From Octopus sinensis (lineage: Eukaryota): 64,000 bases of DNA. The first letter of the stretch is position 1; every line of letters begins with the position of its first letter. The DNA lies in assembly GCF_006345805.1 (NCBI RefSeq), contig NC_042999.1, positions 57,102,001-57,166,000 of the forward strand. The letters run 5' to 3'. The notes under the pieces are model-generated. The model was not told the origin of the DNA and did not search any database. It worked only from the letters and a program-made list of their open reading frames with translations. A program made the position numbers and the translations under genes. This document shows positions 11,328-22,382 of the stretch, piece by piece.

Positions 11328-11650
11328 TGATATCTAAATAATAGAATCCATTCTGAAAATGATATTCAAACAGTGGTATCCATGTCCCTATGAGTGATAT
11401 TTAAATGATGATATCCATCTTACATAAGTGATATTTAAATATCTTTGCCACGCAGGAGATGTCTAATTGACAGTATCTGTATTACATAGGTATTATTCAA
11501 ATGCTGGTAACAATCCTGTGCAATTAATATTATTCAAATTTTATGATCTGTGTCATACTGGAGATGTCTGAATGATGGCATCTTTGTCATGAAGGTAATA
11601 CTCTGATAATAGATTCTTTGCTATATATACAGTATTCAAATGTCTGTAGA
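11328..11650. repeat. Old degenerate ~34-bp minisatellite
   Basis: About 10 units approximating GATATTCAAATGATGGTATCTGTGTCATATAGGT. Confidence 0.6.
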
Positions 11651-12375
11651 AAAAAGAGATATCAAAAGAAAAAGGAAGAACAGAACAGAATGATTCTGGT
11701 GGTTACAACATCTGGTTAGATCAGAACTAGCATAGAGCTAAACAACAGCAATGACAGCATCAACAAAAACAAATACTATATAGTTAATATATATATATAT
11801 AATTGAAGAATGGTTGTCTTAAATTAAAAAGTATTAATTATATAAAAAAAAATAAATAATAAAATAACAGTAATAAATGAGTGAAGAAAAAATAGTGTGT
11901 GTTTATTTGGCAAAAAATAAATAAATGAATAAAATGACCATCCCAAAATACTACAATATCAGTTTCATCACATGATTTCACATCAGGAATCTTGTTAAAT
12001 GAATTGATAAAAAAAAGTCTTTTTAAAAGAAAAGAATGACAAGAACCCTTCAGAAATTAGGTGGACTAACTTTGGTAAATTAAAACTTTTAAAGACATAT
12101 ATACAGCTGTCTATGACATGAGAATACCAATTATGTCAACAAAAAATCATTTTTTATGAAAAGATTTGCAGATATAAAGTTAAGAAAAAATATTTGTTAG
12201 GATAATGTATGTTTTTTATCATCTGTTCTTTTGTTCACATTTTAAAAGTTTATTAGAAGGAAGTTATTTACAAGAAGTCAACATCCTTTAGTATTTGTAA
12301 CAAAAATATGTCAGAGGTCATTGCAAGTGATGTAGTTGCAACCTCTCTTTCTCTCTCTCTCCTAGGTTATATTAA

Positions 12376-12595
12376 TCCTTTTGTTACCAACCCGGCTGAA
12401 ACCGGTTCTGGCTCTGAGTACAAATGTCTTGTTTTCATAAGTTTTTTATTAAAATCTTCCACCAAATCTTAGTCACAATTTATGTTCCTAACACTAACTG
12501 AATGATAACCAAGTTATTTTACTAAATTCTTTGTTATATTTTAAGTAATTGAAAGAAACTCAGAGCATCTTAAAATAAATACAGTAACTAAAGGG
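12376..12595. mobile_element. TTAA-flanked MITE (piggyBac/Kolobok-like)
   Basis: TTAA at 12372-12375 and 12596-12599. Termini TCCTTTTGTTAC / GTAACTAAAGGG. Confidence 0.75.
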
Positions 12596-15234
12596 TTAAT
12601 AAAAACATTTGAAAATTTTATGTTGTATGAAATGTTCTATCTTCTGCTCAGTGAAAAAAAAATACTTGTAAGAGCACTGAAATTCTGATTGCATGGAGTT
12701 CCAGCAACCCTAGGGGTAGTTCTGTGCAGTGGGGCATGTTTGGTAGTGAGGGAGAGAAAGAGAGTGAGAGAGATGGGAGATGGCTCAATATTGTAGCAGT
12801 AATAGTTGTAGTTGTGATAGTGATGATGATGGGTGGTTTCATATTGAATGAGTGGTCTGTAGCTGTTATCTCTGGACTATTTGAAACAAGTTCTGGAGAG
12901 GTGAAATTTAACAGACTGTTTCTCCACTTACTTCCCCCTCTATCTGCCATCCCTACTGCCATCTTACCATTTCTATCTTGCACTGGTCTCCACCCAGCTT
13001 CTACTGTAGCAGCCACAAGTCTGACAATGCTTCCTTTATTTCCTCTGATAACATTTCCCATCTCTGCCTTTCCTTCCTTTATCTCACACACCTTGTCTTC
13101 TCCATTTTGCCCTTCTTCAACTCTTTCTTTCAAAATATTTAAGACCTCTCTCTCCTCTCTCTCTCTTGCTCTCTCTGTCTTTCACTCTTCTCCCCTCTCA
13201 GTTTTAATCTCCCATTATTTACTCTCTTTTCACTTCCCTATCTAAATCCATTTTATTTACCTTATTTTCCCTACACATGCATACACTTCCACCGGCTTCT
13301 CTTCACATACATACTTCCAACTCTTTATTTCCTTATCTTTTCCTCTAAATCAACCTGCATCTCACTTTTCCTTTTGGTACAAATCTCCCACCCTTTTTCT
13401 CCCCTTACTGTCTTTTCAATATTTCTCCTAAACCAACCATCTTCTCTCCTACCCTCATCCTTTCCTCATATCTGATTCCAGAACCTACTACTGACACAGC
13501 TCTCACTCTGGCAGTTCTTACGAGTTCCAGAAGTTAATCCCTCCACTCCTTACTACCTTAACTTATAAGACACTCAGATAATAATTAGTGTTAGAGGAAA
13601 ATTACATAACACACTGCAGAGCAAACAAATTAATTCTATCTAAAAATATGAATCTAGCCTTGCTCTAAAATATTTTGTTGGGTGCTTGAACATATTTGGG
13701 GAGTGAGGACAAGTTTGCATCAAAAGAAGGATTGCAATTTTGACCTAATATGGTCTGATTTAGATTGCATTGTTTCAGTCAAGATGTATACACCACCATG
13801 GTTTCATGTTCAGTCCTACTGTGTGGCACCATGGGCAAAGTGTTTTCTACTATAGACCTGGGCCAAACAATGCCCTGTGGGTGAATTTAGTAATTTTGGG
13901 GGATGAAAAACTGTATGAAGCTTCCTGCATATGTATATATATATTGGAGCCAGGTGCAACCGCTGGCTCTCCAGACCTCAGTCAAACCGTCCAACCCATG
14001 CCAGCATGGGAAATGGACATTAATCGATGATGATGATGATGATATATATATATATATATATATGTGTGTATAAGAATTTTTTGCGTAATAAGATAAAAAA
14101 CCAAGGCTCATAAATACATGTTTGAAAAATTTCACTGCAGATTTTGCTATGCCAGCATGGGTTGCACAAGATGTATTGAAACAGTAATCTATGGCTAGTT
14201 GCTCTTCCTGTCACATACCCTCGGTTCTGCTTCAAGTAAGGTATTTTCTCTCAACTAGTCTGCACATGAAGCTCCTGAAAGCATCAAGCCATGGAAGGTA
14301 CTGTTTACAGGAGACATAAATATATGCAGAATTGCTCTAATGGTATCAATGTGAAAGTACACAGAAAGCAACAGACACATGCATGTACACATGCACACAA
14401 GCACACACGCACACACACACACACTCTCTCTCTCTCTCTCAACAAGTTTTTATAGTATTCCTTCACAAAATTTCTTTAAGAGGGCGTTGGAAAATCCATG
14501 GCTACAGCAAAAGTCACTTGCCCAAAGTGTGACAGAGGGGGATGAAACCCAAAATACCATGATTGCAAATTGAATAGATTGTAACCACACAAACATGCTT
14601 TATATATTTCAGTAATAAATCACAGAGACTAATTACTCAGATATGCCACCTGCATGAAAAACAATATAGTTAAGTAACTGTTAAGATGTTTAATGCAGTG
14701 AGTATCTCAAAGCTAATTAAAAATAATTATTTGATGGGGTAAAGATAATAATAGTTTAAAGACTAATATTATTTTAATTAGTTCAGCAAGTATAGGAAAC
14801 AACTCCAGACACGGTCCAGTTTCATTTGACCTCACTATTTTTGCTAAAATAGTAATGAGTTAGTGTATAATAATGTCCATGCTCTGATATGAAAAATAAC
14901 ATATTAAAAAAATAGAAAATTAATGAGAAAAAATACCCAGATACGTCATCTACATGAAAACCAATAGTTAAGTTAGTGCTAACATAGTTAATGCAGTGAG
15001 CAATTAAAAAGTTAATCAAACATGATTAAGCACAACGATATTCCTTGGTGTGCATCTGATATTTACATCATACCCTAATTAGTAGGTCTACACCACAGGA
15101 GAATTTAATTTGAATATTTAATACTGACTGAGAGAGAACACATGTAGTTATGAATGTATAGAATTTGAATGAAACTTAACAGTCATGTGAATGCTGAAAG
15201 ATAATACAATAATCAGAAACTAATTTTTACTCAC

Positions 15235-15282
15235 ATTTCTATGAAGAGTTCAGCTCTGGCAAGCTGACCATACAGTGTGCTG
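15235..15282 (-). CDS. Candidate 48-nt internal exon of an unidentified host gene (STLYGQLARAELFIE)
   Basis: Minus strand TATTTTCTTTAG|exon|GTGAGT. Exactly one frame is open. It lies in non-repetitive sequence. No family recognised. Confidence 0.25.
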
Positions 15283-15665
15283 CTAAAGAAAATATAGATT
15301 TTGAAAGAGTCAATGAAGGATCCTCCACACCAGAATTCAGCAATTTCTTTTTGTAAAGGTTCACTTTTGAAGATTTTTTTTAACATTTACCCATGGGTCA
15401 TATGTATTTTATATTATATCTCACAACAGGTGTAGCTGTCTGGTTAAGAAGCTTGCTTTTTAACCATGTGGTATTGGGTTCAGTTGTACAGCATATCACC
15501 TTGAACAAGTGATATCTACTATAATTCCAGGTTGACCAAAGCTATTTAAGTGGATTTCTCAAGTGGAAACTGAAAGAAGCTCTCTGAATGTCTGTCTGTC
15601 TATCTATTTATCTATCAATGTATATATATATATACATACATCATCATCACCATCATTTAACATCC

Positions 15666-15699
<34 letters not shown>

Positions 15700-15703
<4 letters not shown>

Positions 15704-16045
15704 TGAGAGAGGTATTGGTATCCAGAAGACCCAAGGTGGCAGGTAAGATTATGGAAGTGCTATGGAAGGACCACAGTTAAACTCTTCGTTTGATAATAAT
15801 ACGAGTGAGGAGTCTAATGCAGGTTTTGTATGAACATCTATTTATAAGGATATTTATAAGGACATTTAAAAACAAAAATATATATAGGATGTTATAGTTG
15901 CAGTTCCACTGTCCAAGAAAAGTGGTGTGTAGAATGGGTAGAAATACTTCATGTCTGTGGTATGTAAATTCCAATAGGAGTTCATATTTTGTCATTACAA
16001 ATGGAAAGTGTGGATATGTAGATTCCATGTGCTGTTCATTCAAAG
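15700..16045 (-). mobile_element. Degenerate Penelope-like RT-thumb remnant
   Basis: Frameshifted minus-strand sequence resembles the Y.KPTD..QYLP motif that follows the PLE RT core. The 5' end is folded into the 15987-16117 hairpin. Confidence 0.35.
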
Positions 16046-16117
16046 ATCCACAAGAACCCTTTGAATGAACAGCACATGGAATCTACGTCTCCACACTTTC
16101 CATTTGTAATTACAAAA
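15987..16117. repeat. 59-bp-arm inverted repeat with 13-nt loop
   Basis: 15987-16045 versus 16059-16117; by eye 56 of 59 positions are Watson-Crick complementary. Confidence 0.95.
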
Positions 16118-17679
16118 CTATTTTCACTTTCTAATGAAACCTGGTCATCCTGGAGCAGTGTCTTTCAAATATCTATAGCTGGTTGTTGAGATAACGTAGA
16201 AAATATGTAAGTGAAAATAAAGATTACTGAATCTTTTGATAGCCCATACTTCAAAATCAGCAATGCAGTTTTAGAATGCATAAGGAACATACGTACCCAC
16301 ATAAACTCTCTTTTATATTTATAGATATATTGCCTCAGGGTGGCAATGACAAATGACTGAGACCTTTGGTGATATGCCATTCTTGAGAAGACCTGTCAAG
16401 CCAAGTGAAATCATAGTTATGGGCAATGCCAATGTCACATAACCGGCACTCGTGCCGATGACATATACAAAACACTATTTGAATGTGGGGGTCTCACAGA
16501 GGCAGTGACAAGTGACCGAGATCTTTGGCAATATACTGCACTTGAGAAGAGCTGTTAAACTGAGTGAGATTGTAGTTGTGGTCGATGCTGGTGCTGCATA
16601 ACTGGCATCCATGCCAGTGGCATGGAAAAATGACCCACTACACTCTTGGAGTGGTTGGCATTAAGAAGGGCATCCAGCCATAGAAACCATGCCAAATCAA
16701 ACTGGAATCTGGTGTAGCTCCCTGCTTACCAGTTTTCAGTCAAACCGTGTAACCCATGCCAGCAAGTAAAACAGACATTAAATGACGACGATGATGTATT
16801 GCTTTTGTGGTAGTATCTGCATCTACATGTACATGTGTGTATATGCATGTGTGTGTGTGTGTGTGTGTGTGAGTAAGACTCTGTCTATGTGTAACTATAT
16901 TTTGATCTATTTGTAGGTATCTGAGTCTATACTATGTACATAGTTGTGTATTTGTGTAAATATGTACACATACTTCATTTTTATAGATGTTTTGGTGCAT
17001 ATATCTATGTGTGTGTGTTTACGTATGAATATGTGTATTTCTGTATGTGTTCTTGTATGTATGTATGTGTGTGTGTGTGTATGTAGATATACTCAAGTAT
17101 GTATCCACCTGTTTGTACGTGTATTGTATGAAGATATTTATATATTTGTCAGAATTACCTCCTCTTTCTATCTACACACACAGACACAAGCACTCACACA
17201 CACACACACACATTATGTGTATAATGTCTTCCCCATTTTATCACTCCTCTCTCCACCCTTCTCCACCCCCTTTCAGCTTGAAAATTACTAATGGTCAATC
17301 TGGCTACGATCCTGATGTAGAAAAGTGTTTATTGACCATCATAAACACTTCTGTTTTCTCTTTCTCCTTGCATTCTATTTTTATCTCTTTTCTTTTTCTC
17401 TTCCTTTCATTGTCTTGGATCTTGTATATGTCAATCTATTGCTATTCATAGGATGTATGTTTTACTTTGTTCTTTTTTACTTCTTTTCATTGAAGTTCTT
17501 GTATACCTATCTTTATACACATTTTTAAATAATTGTATTCTAATACTGGAAGGGGCTTCTCCCCGTCAAACCTCTCAATTCATTTCCTACATACGTTTAT
17601 GGTTTTTCATTAGTAATTTCTTTCTGTGTTTATATCTAAATGTAAATGTTTCCTAAATAAAATCGCACTTCACATTTGA

Positions 17680-17760
17680 AGCTCTGGTGAAGCTATGGAG
17701 TGATACTCAAGCATTCAACTATGAATGCGTTGTATCTCATGGCAGAAACAGATGTAAGCT
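17680..17760 (+). ncRNA. Hammerhead ribozyme-like motif (type I, variant core CUGGUGA)
   Basis: AGCT-CTGGTGA-A-GCTATG...CATGGC-A-GAAAC-AGAT-GTA-AGCT. Stem I is AGCT/AGCT and the cleavage triplet is GUA. Confidence 0.55.
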
Positions 17761-17805
17761 AATGAAATGTTTATTACATAATTATTTAGTTCTTTGTCAT
17801 TCTAA

Positions 17806-18172
17806 TCTATATATATAAAGCTGAAGTTGTCTGTGTGTGTGTGGCAGGTTTGGTAGCTTTCAACTAACACTATCTCCTCCGAGACCCTGTGGTGCGAAGG
17901 CTTGCTCTTCCTTCTGCAGAAGAAAAAATTCAAATCGGACCATGTTAACACCAAAAATTATTTACAACCAAAAAGGTGCTTTTTTTCTATGAAAATCCCT
18001 ATTTTTTACGATTTTTTGACTGCTGTGTCACCATTTTTCGGTGTATTTCAACCAGAAAAAATGTTCACTTAAAGAGAATAACAAGCTACATAATGCAAAA
18101 TTTTTACTTTTCAAAAATTCCAATTCTAAAGGTATTGCAAAAAACCCAAGCAACGCCGGGCAATACTGCTAG
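17806..18172 (+). mobile_element. Non-autonomous Helitron
   Basis: A|TCTATATATATAAAG start. 3' hairpin CCCAAGCAACGCCGGG then CTAG|T, the same 3' end as 88-886. Confidence 0.85.
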
Positions 18173-20612
18173 TTTGTTATATATGTACATGTGTGCATGT
18201 GTGTGTATAAACCTTTGTTTAGGCATCATGCGATGGTTGCAAATGAGTATCATTATTGTACAAATGAGGTTGTTCATTTCCAGTCTTCTATGAAAAATAT
18301 GTCTAGCTATGGGAAAATGTTACCTTATTTGGAACAGGTGAGGGTTAGCAACAGGAATGACATCCAACTGTAGAAAATCCACATTGAAAAAATTCTGTCT
18401 GGAAAAGTGGATGTTACATTATGATGATGATGATCTTACAAATGAAAATATCTCCATGTACCCCCACCCCCCAATTCTATCACATACAATACTTATGCAA
18501 GCAAAAATTACACATATGACATTAACTAAAACACAATGACCCACAAATATATATTTGAAAAAATTTTTGTTAAAGGTCCAAGGTCCCAGAAAACACCTTA
18601 TAGGTATGGTTGCTCTCTTGTGAGCCAAGACCCAGCTGTTGCCTAATCCTTATTCTATACAACTGCTGAAGTTGCTAGAAATAGCAATCAGCTCTCCATT
18701 CATATTACATCATCTTGAATAAAGGATACTTTTTCTTATCTTTTAGCTAAGATGGAAGACCATACCTATAACCCTTTACAAGGCCTCCGTGATTGGGGGA
18801 AGAAAGAAAGATAGATATTGTCAAACTGGAGGTCTGGTCTGACTTCTTAAAATAGGGATGACATTATATCCAATAAATTAGGATAGTCAAGGCTGAAATG
18901 CTTTTCATAAATCTGGTTAATCTCAGCTGACCTGGAGCCATATGTCAACAATGAATAATGGATAGTATTAGTCAAATGACCCACACACACACACAAAATG
19001 ACAAAATGGAACGAGTGCAAAGCATATACAAGAGATTGTGATATAGAAGGTGGAACCCAAAAGGGCATCCACTGAAGACTGACGTTCTGGGACATGTTTT
19101 GTAAATAGTGTGTAACACAAAATAGGAAGAACAAAGACTTTTCAAAGAGATCAACAAGCATAAATGAGTGAATGAGGGAGCCTCTAAGTGGGAGGGGTAT
19201 TTTACTGCTATTTTTACCAGGTTGTTTGACCTGGTAAAAGTAGGAGTGAAATTCCTCCACATCACATCCTTCTTGTCATCATCATCATTTAATGTCTGTT
19301 TTTCATGCTGGCATGGGTAGGACATTTGACACAAACCAAGGAGCCAGAGGATTGTGCCAAAGCCGAGTGTCTGCCAAATACCATACTGAGTGGGTGCTTT
19401 TTATGTGGTACAGCCACTTGCAGAGCACCAGCACCTTCTATCTTAAAAAAGAAAAATGAAAAAGGCCTTAGATAATGTAGTTTTAGATGGTATGGTCATG
19501 GCTTGGATGTGTTTGACTTTGAGTCTACTAGAAGTGGCTGACTGAAAGCGTAAACAACAACAGGTCTAGATCATGGCTGGATTGAAGGGATCCACAACAA
19601 TAAATCTATGGCTGAATGGTCGGGGTATTAAGTGTACAATCATAAAGTTATGGGTTTGATTCCAGAACTGGGCAGTATGTTGTGTTCTTGAGCAAGACAC
19701 TTCTTTTAACATCACTCCTGTCTACTCAGCTGAAATGATTACAGGCTAAATGTTGATACAGCCCTTTCTCTCTCCAGTCATCACATTCATGATGTTCTGC
19801 TAGGTTCAAGTGTAAGAGAACCAAGAGAACCTACTTGCAACTATTTAAAACAATGACCGAAAGCTTGGTACATACTTGTAAATGATAGCTTTAATTTTTG
19901 CAAACTAAATTTTACTCATAAGGCTTTACCTCACTTCAAGTCATCAAATGAAAACATTTACACAAGGAAGCTTTGTTATGGTCACGTCACATGCCTGAAA
20001 TAGCAGTCAAATATACCTCATATCACACTTTGTTGCTGATGTTTTCCAATGGTACACTACTAGGGATATTGATAGTTAAGAAATATAATTTAAGACTTTA
20101 AAAAATCTATAAGGATGGATGGTTGAACATCTTTACAAAATGTGTAACTCATAAATTTCCCATTAAGAAGTGTGTATGTGTTTGAGGGAAAGGGAGAGAA
20201 AGAGAGAGAGAGGGAGGGAGAGGGAGAGAGAGAGAGGAAGAGGAAGAGGGAGGGAAAGAAAGAAAGAGAGTGAGAAAGAGTGGAGTAGAATGTCAGTGTA
20301 TATCCTTATGTGAGTGTATGTATATCTCATGAAGATAATGACAAATGACTGAGACCTTTGGTAATATGCCGTGCCTGAGAAGAAGACCCAGACAAGTCAA
20401 ATTGTAATCATGGCAGATACTAGTGCCATGCAACTAGCACCCATGCCGGTGGCACATAAAAACACCCATTACACTCTTGGAGTGGTTGGTATTAGGAAGG
20501 ACATCCAGCCGTACAAACCATGCCAAAACAGACTGGAGTCTGGTGCAACCACTCAACTTACCAGCCTTGGTCAAACCATCCAACCCATGTCAGCATGGAC
20601 AACAGACGTTAA

Positions 20613-20647
<35 letters not shown>

Positions 20648-20729
20648 AATGATGATACACACACACGCACGCATGCACACACATTTATATGTAACTAAAT
20701 ATGTACATTTGTATGTAATGCATATATAT

Positions 20730-21204
20730 GTAACCACTTTTGAGAAATCTCGAGTTGCACATGAGAAAGTAAGGAGGGATGTCAGGAAGGGCATCGCTGT
20801 TACACTTCCAGATGGGAAGGGTCTTCCTATGATGCTGACATGCAGTGTCTGTGCAAGACCCTGCCTCAGTAAAGCTGGACTCAAGAGTCATCTTTGTCGT
20901 CATAAAGTGAGACAGATGAGTGACAACCTGGCCACTGGTGGTGGTGTTACACACCATACTAATCATATCTGTCAGGCATGTGGAAGAGAGTGTAATTTGG
21001 CAGGAGGACTTAAACGACATGCAAAGGTACATGAAGCCCAGTTACAATTATAGCCGGCTATTACCGGTAAAGGTTTTAGTTGCCAATTCTGTACAAGACA
21101 TTGTAGATCTTTGGCTGGGCTAAAAAGTCACATTCGATCACAGCACCAGTAACAGTTAAGCTTCGTGCAATGGCCATAGTCAATAACGAGGGGGCAGCCA
21201 TAAT
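20730..21204 (+). mobile_element. 3' fragment of an RTE (BovB-like) LINE ORF ending in three C2H2 fingers
   Basis: FEKSRVAHEKVRRDVRK followed by CSVCARPCLSKAGLKSHLCRH, CQACGRECNLAGGLKRHAKVH, an in-frame TAG at 21051, then CQFCTRHCRSLAGLKSHIRSQH and TAA at 21150-21152. Confidence 0.65.
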
Positions 21205-21679
21205 ATGTACATATGTATCTATGTTGTATGTGTACATTACACACACACACACACACAGAAAGACAGACAGACAAATAGACAGACAGACGGACAGATAGTA
21301 TATAAAGTTTCTGTAGGAAGTAAGAAGTCAAAGAAGAGAGCTCTGAGTAGTCAATAGGATTGAATGTTGTTAATAATGTAGTCTACTGGCACAGTTAGAC
21401 TATTTAAAGCCTAAATTATTTAATAGTGCGTAAATTTAATGCATACGTTATTTAATAATTATCTACAAATATGGATTTCAAAACCTAGGGCACTCCTCAC
21501 AGTGCAGGTGTAATATATCTGTCCAGAGAGAGAGAGAGAGAGAGAGATATGTAAATTTGTTTATGCCTTTATATAATGTACACACACATACATATAGGAG
21601 AGTATGTATGTGGATGTATTAAATATACATGCATATATAAACACACACATATATATATATATGCACATACATATTTAAA

Positions 21680-22382
21680 TACCACCAACAAAAAACCAAA
21701 TAAGAAACCACTGCTCTCTTCCCCCACATCACCACCTCAATACTACTGCAGTAACAAAAATCTAAAAAAACATATGAAGCAGAATGCGCCCCCCATGGCA
21801 CAAACAAGAAACCCCAAAATATGCCGTTATTCACTGCGTCAGAGACTCTGCACAAATAGTGACTGCATCTTCACACATCTACCTGGCACTAGACGCACTA
21901 CCGGCCAAGGCCAAAGCACGCATCCCACAATAACATCAACACCACCAAATAGTAAATCGAAATTCAAAACACACACAACTCGGAGTCCCAAAATCTGCCG
22001 GTATTCCCAACGTGAGAGAATATGTCTGTTGAGTGACTGTCCCTTCACTCATCTTCCAGGGATCCGACGCACAAACAGAAATGGGGCTTCAAGCCAACAC
22101 ACAAACCTGAATAAAAATAAAAATAAAAACACACCATGCTGCAGTAATGCTGGTCCAGTCTTTTCAGGAAGACACAAAAACAACAACAACAAAATTGGAA
22201 ACTACAACCCTATCCAACAGTGCAACCACACCTCCAGCCAAAAACTGCTCCCTAAGCAGGAAAATTCTTTTTTAGCCATGTTGAACATGGCAAAAGAGAT
22301 ACACAAAAATATTCTAGCCATCACTCAACACCATCCTATGCTATTACCCCAGTGCACCAATTCCCCACATTGCTGTCACTAA
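21680..22382 (+). pseudogene. CR1 ORF1 remnant with two C-x8-C-x4-C-x3-H fingers
   Basis: KICRYSLRQRLCTNSDCIFTHLPG and KICRYSQRERICLLSDCPFTHLPG in the ORF 21576-22382. Confidence 0.7.

Noticed and set aside
12648-13245. 161-aa and 173-aa opposing ORFs that look like membrane proteins
   Set aside because: Low-complexity GA/CT-rich sequence; no recognisable domain or consistent splice sites.
14653-15017. Two diverged ~70-bp direct repeats (CATGAAAA...TAGTTAAGT...TTAATGCAGTGAG)
   Set aside because: Old AT-rich local duplication with no further structure.
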